Shown: positions 12,107 through 23,220 of the stretch, in pieces | Numbering within the stretch: position 1 is the first letter of the stretch | How the letters are laid out: every line of letters begins with the position of its first letter | NCBI RefSeq assembly: GCF_001194135.2 | Contig: NC_068998.1 | Location: forward strand, 19,434,554-19,498,553 | Direction of reading: 5' to 3' | From: Octopus bimaculoides | Taxonomy: Eukaryota | Length of the DNA: 64,000 nt | The notes under the pieces: model-generated | The model's database searches: none | Told to the model about the DNA's origin: nothing | The model's input: the letters and a program-made list of their open reading frames with translations, nothing else | Made by a program: the position numbers and the translations under genes

Positions 12107-12807
12107 CTAAATAGTAGCAAAATATTAAAAAAAAAAAACATTTGTTAAATGTAAGACATAAAACTTAGAACTTGTTAATAGCAATTCATACATAGATATG
12201 TGTGTGTCATACTTAATGTAGATACTTTGTTGAAAGGCAAAATTACTGTGGTGTTCTTCCAGAGATAACATCCCTTATAGATGTTGTGCTTAAAACATAA
12301 TATATATCAGAAGGAAAGGAAAATCATCTAAGCAGTGGCTAGTAAAAACACCATTTCTGCCTCATTGGGCATTGTCAGTAATGTGTACTCACAGCCAACT
12401 ACATGCTTAGATGAATTTTGTTGCCATCATTATATAGGAAAACAGTGAAAAACATCCACTGGTATTGTGAATCGCTGCTCAGCTGAATAAAAATCTGTTA
12501 TATGCAATAGAAGTAGCATTACATTAAAAGAGCCATCTGTGTATCATACTTAATGTAAATACATCTTTGAAAGGCAAATTTACTGCTGTATTAATCAAGA
12601 GATAACATCTCTTATGGTAGTGCTGTGTTGTGCATGTGTGTGTATATCAAACATTATCTCGTGTAAAATAAAATTCAATTTAAAGAATAGTCATGTTATC
12701 TTAGCTTGTATTTAGATATGTTCTAAGAATAAATGAAATTTACTCATTACTAATCCATGAAAAATTGTTTTAGTTAAAAAAGATAACTGGTATATAATGC
12801 AGCTTAC

Positions 12808-12969
12808 CTGTATTATAGATTGTAATGTGATACGTTTTTGTCCATAAGCTGCAACTATATCACAAACAATTGTCCATGTATCACCACCAAATGTCTGATG
12901 ATTAATATGAAATCCTCGTTTCTCTGCACGTTTGATGACTACTTCTCTTGTAGCTCCAAATTGTTCCAC
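12808..12969 (-). CDS. VPS13: VPS13 exon 32 (VEQFGATREVVIKRAEKRGFHINHQTFGGDTWTIVCDIVAAYGQKRITLQSIIQ)
   Basis: 162 nt, phase 0 to 0. Confidence 0.93.
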
Positions 12970-13049
12970 CTGAAAGTAAAATGAGAACTATATTAGAGGC
13001 ACATATGTATGTTGAGAGCTACAGATGATTTTCATTCACCACAAAGTGT

Positions 13050-13330
13050 AACTCTTGTTGCAGTGTGTTAGTTTGTGTACCACAGTGACCCCTGAGAGCT
13101 ATGCCAGTGGAGTGTAAGCTCCTGGTAGGGCTGCCTATGCTGGACAAGTCAAGGGATAGAGGCCAGACTAATATGAATCACCTCTTCCAAGAGATAAAAA
13201 TCTAGTAAAAAGCAAAGTTACAAAAGCATTGGTGACACTTCAAAACCAACAAAACCTGAGAGAGAAGAAAAGCAGACAACCTAGAGTTGAGAACAGTGGA
13301 GAAAACCTATCGTTGGCATATGCACTGTTG
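13050..13330 (+). mobile_element. RTE/BovB-like 5' UTR fragment
   Basis: GACC..GAGCTATGCC..GGAG-TGTAA-GCTCCTGGTAGGG..GGCCAGACTAA; second copy at 47340-47690. Confidence 0.55.
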
Positions 13331-13604
13331 GTTTAAGGATCAGCAGTTCATATCCTAGCATTGACAGTGCAGTTCACTCTAGTCTGGCCAAGTTACTTAA
13401 CTTACAATGATTTAGTTCACTCGGTTATAAGGTAGGCATTAAAATGTGGTACATCCCAACATAGTAAGTAGTGTCATCATAGTAAAGTTTCTGAGCATTT
13501 CATCAGCTTGCAGTGTCAGGCATAGTTTTGAGAAGGTTGTTGCAGTTATGGAAATATGTAGTTTCAACTATGATAAGTGAAATTATTAATTATTATAAAG
13601 GGTG

Positions 13605-13810
13605 CTGAGATAGAAGAATCGTTAGAATGTCAGGCAAAAATGTGTAGCAGCACTTCATCTGTCTTCATGTTCCAAGTTCAAATACAGCTGAGGTTGACTT
13701 TGCCATTCATCCTTTCAGGGTCAATAAAATAAGTGCCAGTTCAGCACTGGGGTTGATTTAATTGACTTAGCCACTCTCCAAAACTGTTGGTGAAATTTAA
13801 AACCAATTAT
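13605..13810 (+). mobile_element. SINE family 2 (central GTCGACTTTGCCTTTCATCC..GATAAAATAAGTACCAG domain, resembles the MetaSINE domain)
   Basis: Repeated at least 10 times in the window; superfamily name is from recollection and unverified. Confidence 0.7.
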
Positions 13811-13872
13811 TATAAAACTGCATTGCTCAAGTTTTGAGTATTTGTGTTTAGTATATTCTAAAACAGAGCAAT

Positions 13873-14254
13873 GTTGTCACTCCGTCGCTTACGACAATGA
13901 GGGTTCCAGTTGATCCGATCAACGGAACAGCCTGCTCGTGAAATTAACGTGCAAGTGGCTGAGCACTCCACAGACACGTGTACCCTTAACGTAGTTCTCG
14001 GGGAGATTCTGTGTGACACAGAGTGTGACAAGGCTGGCCCTTTGAAACACAGGTACAACAGAAATAGGAAGTAAGAGTGAGAGAAAGTTGTGGTGAAAGA
14101 GTACAGCAGGGTTCGCCACCATCTCCTGCCAGAGCCTTGTGGAGCTTTAGGTGTTTTCGCTCAATAAACACTCACAATGCCCGGTCTGGGAATCGAAACC
14201 GCGAAACTATGACTGCGAGTCCGCTGCCTCAACCACTGGGCCATTGCGCTTACA
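13873..14254 (-). mobile_element. Full-length tRNA-derived SINE, family 1
   Basis: Reverse complement of the 5413 copy; 18-bp TSD ATTCTAAAACAGAGCAAT (13855-13872/14255-14272). Confidence 0.92.
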
Positions 14255-14505
14255 ATTCTAAAACAGAGCAATATAAACAGCTAAAGGCATATCCAAACTA
14301 TGCATCTTAAGCATTCATCTAAGGATCCACGTCTATGCAGCACTGATATGCTTCTGTATTTATTTGTTGATGTTCCAACTCACACAACCATACGTAAGAA
14401 AATATCACTTAAAACCTTACTTACCTATGATTGATTTTGGTAAATTTAATGGAAATATCTTTTATGTCATAATTCAGTTACAAATTAACTAAATAACTGA
14501 CTTGC

Positions 14506-14652
14506 CTGGAATAATATTTTACATTCCACTCCTTCTTGTGTTGCTTTGATTACCGACCCTCTTCTAGACTCCATTGAATCTTCACGCCCGGTGAGCTCTA
14601 AAGTGCCTCCGTGCGCAAGACGGACTCTGCCACTATCTGCATTTGCAGGCAT
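14506..14652 (-). CDS. VPS13: VPS13 exon 31 (MPANADSGRVRLAHGGTLELTGREDSMESRRGSVIKATQEGVECKILFQ), GC donor
   Basis: 147 nt, phase 0 to 0, ends CAG|GCAAGT. Confidence 0.85.
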
Positions 14653-15064
14653 CTAGAATAAAAATGACCAAAATAAAAAAAAAACTTTCAGTATTAATGA
14701 AGAAACTGATATATAGTTATTCAGACTAAACTAATATATAGATATATAATTAGAAAAGAGATGACAAAGGAATAAATGATTATCTTATGACTATAATTAG
14801 CTTACAGTTGCTTCTACTCTAAAATGTGAGGGACTCATTGTTGAGTGCCTGAGCAATACCTTACAGGTTCATCAGAGCTTAAAATATGAAGTGCAATTTA
14901 TTTGGGAAAACAAATACATTTAAGTATAATTATAAGAAAGCATTACCAATGAAAAAAACATATGTGGAAGATGAAAACGAATTACAATTTGAATAAGATT
15001 AATTCTAAGATGTCAAATATGATGGGTTTAAGCAGATGTAGGGAAAGGGTGAAGAGATCTATCA

Positions 15065-15098
15065 GGAAGAATATATGTACAAACACAGACACACATAC

Positions 15099-15143
<45 letters not shown>

Positions 15144-15816
15144 CACACACATATATACTTGCATACACATATATATATACATACACACATATATATATAA
15201 ATACATGCACACACACACACACACATATCTATACATACATATACACACACACATATATATATACATACATATATACACACACATATATATATACATACAT
15301 ATATACACATACATACATAGATATGTGCATACAAACAGACATATATATATATATATACACACATACATGTGAATACATATATACATATGCATACACATGT
15401 AACTGCACATACTCTATGCAGCAGAAATGCATGTTGGTTATTTTGACTAACTAATTATACTGTATAATAAACTCTTAAATTAAAAGAAAAATTTGAAGAT
15501 GTACCAGTATCCATATTCCGTATTCTTTGTAATTGTTTTGAATTTACACTCCCAAATACACACACAAACACATACATATATATATATATATACATGCATA
15601 TATACACACACACACACACAAATATAAATGCATACATACACATACATATATATACAAGCATATTTATATATACATACACATATATGCACAGGCACACATA
15701 TACATACATATATACACACACTTACACACACATATACATACATATATATATACACACACACACGTATACACACATACACATACATACATGCATATATATA
15801 TATATATATACATACA

Positions 15817-15859
<43 letters not shown>

Positions 15860-15902
15860 GCATATATTAATATATACATACACGCATATGCGTTTATGTA
15901 TT

Positions 15903-15936
<34 letters not shown>

Positions 15937-15950
15937 TAGAGAGAAAGAGA
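15065..15950. repeat. Compound (CA)n/(TA)n/(GA)n microsatellite block
   Basis: Direct reading; generates the many H/T/Y/I/C/V ORFs in the track. Confidence 0.97.
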
Positions 15951-16038
15951 AAGTAAAGGGAAAGCAGGAGAGTTTTAATGCATACATAAAAAATGTAAGA
16001 ATGAACATCAATTATATTAGAGTATTTATTACACTTAC

Positions 16039-16161
16039 GTCAAACATATTGTCAAGTTTCAGTAACAAGTTTAAGCCTGTTTTGTTCTCAATGATGTAAG
16101 GCGCCAAGGTTTCAGATGTTGTTGCACTTGGTTCAACCAGTTTGTAAGCATCTCCAAATGC
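16039..16161 (-). CDS. VPS13: VPS13 exon 30 (AFGDAYKLVEPSATTSETLAPYIIENKTGLNLLLKLDNMFD)
   Basis: 123 nt, phase 0 to 0, APY.I.N.TG motif starting the VAB region. Confidence 0.94.
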
Positions 16162-16725
16162 CTGGAGAAATACAATAATTAGGAAATATTACTTTTAAAA
16201 TGTTTTGATTATAATTCATGAAACTAAAATATTATTTCAATAAAATTAAGAATATTTTATTTGTTCAATGAGATTATGAAGAAATCAATTAACAAATTTT
16301 ATTTTAGTTCGAAGAATAAAGAATTGTGTAAATAATTAGAACTATATAAATACTAAAGAACTAGAATAAAGTAAAAATTCCAGAATTAACTTAATCCTTT
16401 TGCATTTAAACTGGCCATATCCAACACAAATATTCTGCTCTGTATTCAAACTGGCCAGTTCCAGCCTCACACATCTACCCTACAATGTCATTCTAAAAAT
16501 TAACAACCACACTATCAAAATTTCAAAGTTATGTGATAATGCATAATTAATTTAAAACAATGGGAATAAATAAGCATTATATTAGAACAGTGGCTCTCAA
16601 CTGGGTTCATATGACCCATGTGGGGGCCCATATAGGATTTTGTTGTTAAAATTCATGTGCAATAAATTGGTTATACTTCTACAATACACAAAATGTTTGT
16701 AGAATTTTTTTAATACAATTCCTAA

Positions 16726-16943
16726 ATCTTTTCTACTCTAGACACAAGGCTCAAAATTTTGGGGGCGGGGAGGCAGTCAATTAGATCAACCCCAGTACAC
16801 AACTGGTACTTAATTTATCAACCCCGAAAGGATGAAAGGTAAAGTCGACCTTGGCGGAATTTGAACTCAGAATGTAAAGACAGACGAAATAATGCAAAGC
16901 ATTTTGCCTGGATTGCTAACGTTTCTGCCAGCTCGCCACCTTC
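16726..16943 (-). mobile_element. SINE family 2, nested
   Basis: 14-bp TSD AATACAATTCCTAA (16712-16725/16944-16957). Confidence 0.85.
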
Positions 16944-16968
16944 AATACAATTCCTAATAATAATAATC

Positions 16969-17430
16969 ATCATCATTTAATGTCTGTTTTCCATGCTGGC
17001 ATGGGTGGGATGGTTTGACAGGAGCAGGCCAGGCAGAAGGCTGCACCAGACTTCTGTGACTGTTTTGGCAGGATTTTTACAGCTGGATGCCCTTCCTAAC
17101 ACCAACCACCCAGCAGTGTGGACTTAATGCTTTTTATGTAGCACAAGCACAAGCGAGGTCAGTTTTGGCAAGGATGTTCTTCCAAATGTCAACCACTTTT
17201 ACAGCTGGATGCTCTTCCAAACATCAGCCAGTTTACAGTGTGGACCAGATACTTTCTAAGTGGCACCTGCACTGACAGAGTCACCAAGTAGTCTGCAGGA
17301 CAAAAATCTTTTGAGAGGGGAGGGGGCATTGGGGGAGGTGATCTTGTGTCAGGTGATGAAAGGTTATAGTGAGATAGCTGGGTATAAAGAGTCGTGGTGG
17401 TGGTGGTGGGAATACTGGATAGCAATGAGA
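16969..17430 (-). mobile_element. RTE LINE 3' end fragment
   Basis: (CAT)n tail and CAGCTGGATGCCCTTCCTAAC repeat block. Confidence 0.7.
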
Positions 17431-17680
17431 CAGAGAAACAGGGCCATGAGGACAGGATTGGGGAGTGAATATTTAATTATAAAAATATAATGGGATTTTT
17501 TTTAAACATTGAATGGCTACGAGGGTCAACTTGAGTAAAATAGGAACCAAAGGGGTTTATAGGTACAAAATAGTTGAGAACAATTGCATTAGACAGAGTA
17601 ATCTGAGTGCTGAAGGATTAAAATGCAAAAATAAAAACTAGAAGAAGAAAATAAAGAGAATATAGATCTGTTATTTTTAC

Positions 17681-17830
17681 CTTGCCAAGGTTAGTGAGTA
17701 CTTCTAGACATGTTTTACTCATTGTCAATTCAAGTTTTTCTGTTGAACGAACATTGATGGTCATCTTAGCTGGAGGTATGATAGGTTCATTATCTTCATC
17801 AATAAGAATACCCTCATCATTGGCAGCAAC
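17681..17830 (-). CDS. VPS13: VPS13 exon 29 (VAANDEGILIDEDNEPIIPPAKMTINVRSTEKLELTMSKTCLEVLTNLGK)
   Basis: 150 nt, phase 0 to 0. Confidence 0.94.
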
Positions 17831-18380
17831 CTGTAAACAATCAGAGTGTATACGACAATAACAGAATTTTTGCTTCACAAGGTGCTTATGGTTTGGTTAG
17901 AAGCAAGCTCAACCTGTTGCAAAAACAGACTCCTAAATAAATATAAATCTTTTAGTTAGACATTGAAAACAAGTACTTAGACCATGATTTTCATCCTTAT
18001 AGGACCTATTATCATCTTTTAATTCCACTTTTTCCTTTTCAGTATGTGTCAGATGAAACTTATAGAGGCTAGTGTTTCTTTGGTTGGATGTCCTTATTAA
18101 TTACTCTCACCTGTATGCAAGCAAGGTAGCATTTCTCTGGGTTTTTCAAGCAACAAACAACGCAAGACACAGACTTTTGTTTTGATGACACATAAACAAA
18201 GATGCTGTCTCTTGTTTATGCACCACCTGGATGACTGGACAGGTTTGCATGGCAGAATTAAGCAATGACACCATTTACACAGTGAGACAATATTTATGTA
18301 GTATGCAAACAATGTCAAGATAATGGTACAGGCATGTGTACACACACACACACTGTTTAGTTTGATTTCATTATTACAAC

Positions 18381-18434
<54 letters not shown>

Positions 18435-18447
18435 TATATATACATAT

Positions 18448-18670
18448 ATCATCATCGTTTAACGTCCGCTTTCCATGCTAGCATGGGTTGGACGATTTGA
18501 CTGAGGACTGGCGAACCAGATAGCTGCACCAACCTCTAATCTGATTTGGCAGAGTTTCTACAGCTGGATGCCCTTCCTAACGCCAACCACTCCAAGAGTG
18601 TAGTGGGTGCTTTTACGTGCCACTGGCACGAGGGCCAGTCAGGCGGTACTGGCAACAACCTCGTTCGAAT
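18448..18670 (-). mobile_element. RTE LINE 3' end fragment
   Basis: Same 3' UTR consensus. Confidence 0.75.
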
Positions 18671-19109
18671 GTTTTAGGCCTGTAAAACTTTAAGTCACAT
18701 GTTGCTGAATCAAACTGTTTTAAATAATATATGTAACTCCTACTAAATGTGTTGAGTGCCCATTTCTTTTATTTGTCCACTCACTCATATACATACACAT
18801 ACATCCAGCTGTAGAAACCAAGTCAAATTCAAACTGGAATCTGGTGCAACTCTCTGGTTTACCAGTTCCAGTCAAGCTGTCTAACCCACGCCAGCATAGA
18901 AAGCAGATGCTAAATGATGATGAGGATGATATATAAGAGAGAGAGAAATTAAGGGCCATGGAAAGATTCATGCTAAGAATATCATTGCAAAAGTATATCC
19001 AAAATGAGGTAATATGAGAGTAGACATGTTGCAAGGTTCACAGACAACAGGTGGGCCATTGTGGTTGCTGAGTGCCAATCCAAGAGATTAGAAAAGGCCA
19101 CAAGTTAGC

Positions 19110-19355
19110 TAAACGATTTGGGCCAAAATAGAAAATAATGCTACAGTTTCCCAGTTTCTGTGGCACATATATTTTCCACCCTGGACAAGACACCAGTCCA
19201 TCACAGGAAAATTTCATTTTCATCAGCTGAATGGATTGGAGCAATGCAAGATGAAGTATTTTGCTCAAAAACACAAATGCATTGCCTGGTTCAAGAATTG
19301 AAACTACTATCTTACAATCATGAGTCCAACATCCTAACCACTAAGTCATGTGCAT
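19110..19355 (-). mobile_element. tRNA-headed SINE with a V-SINE-like GATGGACTGG..GTCCAGGGTG segment
   Basis: A/B-box head on the minus strand; related degenerate copies at about 22490-22725 (-) and 48950-49200 (+). Confidence 0.6.
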
Positions 19356-19534
19356 CCACAATCCTTAAAATACATTTATTGACATACTAGAAAAAATTTG
19401 TTTTTTTAATTTCAGAACTACAATTCAGTGAAAAATAATACAAAAAAATACAATTCACAAAGGAGCACAAAAAAAAAAAAAAATCCAAAAAGGAAATTAG
19501 TAAATAAAATGAAGTTATGACAGAAGATACTAAC

Positions 19535-19660
19535 CTCAACAGTTAAATCCCACCTCTTTCTCTTGTGGCTCTGGATAACTGGTTCTAAAAGAGGTTCCCA
19601 TACTGCTAGTTTTTCATTATAGTAAGCAACTTCTAAACTGAGTGTACTTGTAACACCCAT
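19535..19660 (-). CDS. VPS13: VPS13 exon 28 (MGVTSTLSLEVAYYNEKLAVWEPLLEPVIQSHKRKRWDLTVE)
   Basis: 126 nt, phase 0 to 0, YYNE..WEPLLEP signature. Confidence 0.96.
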
Positions 19661-20306
19661 CTGTAAATAGTAGCAAAAGGTAATATTAGAAAGACACACA
19701 TACATAAAGTATTCAAATACATTAGAGAAATGAGTTTCTACAGCATATTAAATAAATTTAAACTGCTTCACAAAATAAGGGCCTTATATTTACTATGTTT
19801 AGAAATAGAGCTGAAAATATTAAATATAAATAATATAGAGATGTATTTGAGGAATATTCTGGCTGCACATTGAAGTATGTGTGTGTGTGTGTGTTTATAT
19901 ATATATATATATATATATANNNNNNNNNNAAATTAAAAAAAAAAATAATGAGCTAAACCAGTTATTCTCAAAATGGATTCTGAAGATCCCAGGGTTCTTT
20001 GAAAAAAATTTGGGGTTTCCCTGGCATAAGCTGTCTTAATAAAATGATTTCTATAATTTCTAGAAATTTATAATAGGTTCCATGTCAAAATAAACTTGGG
20101 AACTGCTGAGTTAATGTTCAATAGGTTGGCGTAAGTTGTTAGCAGAAAGTAATCAAATACAAAACCGGGAAGAGTTTGATCAAAAATCCTACCGAAAATA
20201 AATAAATAAAATAAAACAATGGATAGAAGCAATAAAGTGAACTTCAAACAACAATATACTTTAGAAACAGAAACCAAAATATAAATCTCAGAGAATGTAT
20301 ATTTAC

Positions 20307-20426
20307 CTTACTACTCCAATCTTTAACTTCACCTTGAAAAGCAGATTCTACAATAAGCAATGGAACTGTTCTTTGACCAACACCTCCTTCTAGCTTAATG
20401 ACTAATTTTGGAATCTCCATCAATAG
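20307..20426 (-). CDS. VPS13: VPS13 exon 27 (LLMEIPKLVIKLEGGVGQRTVPLLIVESAFQGEVKDWSSK)
   Basis: 120 nt, phase 0 to 0, strongly conserved peptide. Confidence 0.95.
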
Positions 20427-20639
20427 CTGAATAAAAATAGTATACATATATAAAGTACTTATATATACACATACATTCATACATATACAACAAAACAGAT
20501 AAAGAAAAAAGGCCTTGTCAAGATATTTGTTTTTTGCCATAGAATGATTTAAACAACCTGGATTAGCTTTTTCACTTCTTTAAATATATATTTTTTAATG
20601 TCTCATTCAAAGGGGAGATATTGTATTATCTCATTCCAT

Positions 20640-21350
20640 CCATTTTCTCTGCCTACTATTCCTGGGAAGGTTGTGGGAGCAGAGTCCTCAAACACCTCCA
20701 CCATAGGGTCCTATCAGAAATGTCATCACACTTTCAGGTTGAATTCCCAAGTTTAACCCACTGAGACAATGGATATTATCCAATATTTTGTTCTTGGTCT
20801 ATTCCTAGGTTTCCTGCTGGTTGGCTCAACTTGAAGAATCTGTCTTGTGATCCTTCCTTTCAGCATTCTAACAACATGTCCATAGTATTGGATCTGTGAC
20901 CTCTCGTTGTGGAGAAGTAGTGGCTTGAGCAGAAGAGACCACCTGATTTCTAAGCCACACATCTTGTCAAATAGTGTTACTAAAGATACTTCAGAGGAAC
21001 CCCATTTCAGCTACTTGTATTTGCAATCATATTTTTACTGTCAATACTCAACATTCATGATAAGTGAGGATAGGCACAAAAACCAAACTGAAGATAGCAA
21101 GTTTGGCGTTTTTACCAACTACACCTCTTCTGAAGATGAAATGCTGAAGCTTGCACGTTACTGTACCAGCACTTGTAATTCTAGCACCCAATTCAGTTTT
21201 CTGCCTTCCATCACTTGTAAAAATAGCTCCTATATACTTAAAATTCTCTACTTGTCTCAGTGATGTTCCACTAACATAGAGATTGCACTAGAAAAACTTT
21301 CTTGAGAGGACCAATGTCTCAGGCTTTGCAACTGAAGTTAGCATGCTCTG
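20640..21350 (-). mobile_element. RTE-clade LINE C-terminal remnant
   Basis: YYGHVVRM...RKPRNRPRTKYW in ORF 20753-20962. Confidence 0.65.
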
Positions 21351-21374
21351 CTGGATGGGTAATGTCAGTTGGAA

Positions 21375-21840
21375 GCATGACAGAATATAACTGATTTAAG
21401 AGGAAAACTGGGTATAAGAGGCATCAGATGTGTGCAAGGGAGAAGACTGAGCTGGTTTGGTCATGTGATGCAAATGAATGAGGACAGCTGCCTAAAGAAG
21501 TGCTGAGTTCTAATTGTGGAGGGGACCTGTGGAAAGGGTAGACCCTGGAAGATGTGGGATGATGTGGTGAGAAAGAATCTTTAGATGCTGGGCCTCACTG
21601 AAGAAATGACAAGGGATTGGGAGATGTGGCGATTTGCTGTACTTGATAAGACACATCAAGCTAAGTAAAATTGCTGTCAAACACACATACAAGCTTGTCC
21701 TTTCAGGTGCTGGTACCATTTAAAAGGCACCCGAGTCAGTGCTGCACTAATGCACCCATACCAGTGGCATGTAAAAAGCACCCAACACTCTGTTAAGTGG
21801 TTCGCTTTAGGAAGGGCGTTCAGCTGTAGAAACCATACCT
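21375..21840 (+). mobile_element. RTE LINE 3' coding end plus 3' UTR
   Basis: RRLSWFGHVMQMNEDSCLKKC..GKGRPWKMWDDVVRK. Confidence 0.75.
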
Positions 21841-22098
21841 TGGAAGAAGCACTTTTCAGCCACTTGTATTTGCAATTGTAGTTTTTTGGTCATTACTCAA
21901 CATTCAAGACCATAGGTAAGAATAGGTGCGAAAACTCAACTGAAGATAAGTTTGGCTTTGTTTTTTAAAATAATTATTTAAAATAAAATATTTTTCTTTT
22001 ACAATAATAACACATCTAAGCTCAGCAAACCAATATCTTACAATAGAGATTTAGTAAAAAAGAGAAATACGACCTTCCACCAATTTCTCTTAACTTAC

Positions 22099-22169
22099 TT
22101 GTTCATGTCTAGCAGCAACAATTGTATCAACATCTGTGCTATTAACACTTTCAATAGCTTCTTTGTCAT
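22099..22169 (-). CDS. VPS13: VPS13 exon 26 (DKEAIESVNSTDVDTIVAARHEQ)
   Basis: 71 nt, phase 1 to 0; required to restore phase. Confidence 0.87.
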
Positions 22170-22999
22170 CTGAAATTATACAAATTGAAAAAAGATTTTA
22201 TTAAATAAATTAAGTACATACAATTGTTTTATTTTAGGCCAACATGCTAAATTTAAATGGTCTAGCAAACTGGGTCATTTGTGTAAATCATTTACAATTA
22301 AGTAGACAAATTTTTGGCACAAAGCCAGGAATTTTAGGGGAGAGGACAAACTAACCCCAGTGCTCAACTGGTACTTATGCACTAGTAATTTAACATCACA
22401 TGTGGCTCAGCCGTCACTTGTAAGTGAATATGACCTGGTAGAATATACCATGCTTTTGACAATTGCTATAGGTGCTTATGTAGCCATGAACAGACATATA
22501 CTGAATGGATGCTCATTCAGCCCCACCACCCTTGACCTGGTAAAAGTTTGAGGATGTGACAGTTGGAGCGGGGAGGGGAGAAGCACCTGAACTTGGTTGA
22601 TACTCATTTTCAGCAAAGCAGACTAGAGCAATGTGAAATGAAATAAATGCCTGGCCAAGTCCGGAACTGAATTTATGGCTTTGTGATTGTGAGCCCAACA
22701 CTCTAACCACTCGGCCATGTAACATCTAGAATAATGGACACATTTCTAAGAACATCTTAAAACATTCTTGAAGCATTAACTTCTTTTTTAACCTCACCAA
22801 TGATATTAGAGTATTGAAAAAGATTCCACAAGAAGTGTAAAAGAGAATGTGTTATCTAATAACTGCAAGGTCCTGGGGTTATGCATGAGGCTGCTCCACT
22901 ACTTTCATGAATAGAAGTGATAAATAGTATTGTTAAGTTAGACTCACATACAAACATATACACATAAGTGAACCTTTATAAATCACTTGAACTACTAAC

Positions 23000-23093
23000 C
23001 AGTTTTGAGATACCATAAATCACATTCTGAAATGGGTTTAACATTCCAGAGATTATCAAGTGATTTGCTGTCAGATTTTTCATCGTCTTCAGC
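23000..23093 (-). CDS. VPS13: VPS13 exon 25 (AEDDEKSDSKSLDNLWNVKPISECDLWYLKT)
   Basis: 94 nt, phase 0 to 1, LW..KP....W.L motif. Confidence 0.91.
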
Positions 23094-23220
23094 CTGAAAA
23101 AAATAACACATTAATTAACCAATGCATACATTCTATTGAGACTAAAATCTTTAGTCAATATCCTTTATAAAACAATTAGATTATTATTATTACAATATAC
23201 TTTCCTATTCATTAGGGAAA

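Larger units (their letters stand above)
16588..17586. mobile_element. hAT-type MITE (CAGTGGYTCTCAAC TIR) containing a SINE and an RTE fragment
   Basis: TIRs CAGTGGCTCTCAAC / GTTGAGAACAATTG; imperfect 8-bp TSD TATTAGAA/CATTAGAC. Confidence 0.7.
16391..17621 (-). mobile_element. piggyBac-type MITE family A split by nested elements
   Basis: TTAA ends; the two halves rejoin across 16588-17586. Confidence 0.8.

Noticed and set aside
14962-16011. Many overlapping 60-140 aa ORFs
   Set aside because: They are translations of (CA)/(TA) microsatellites.
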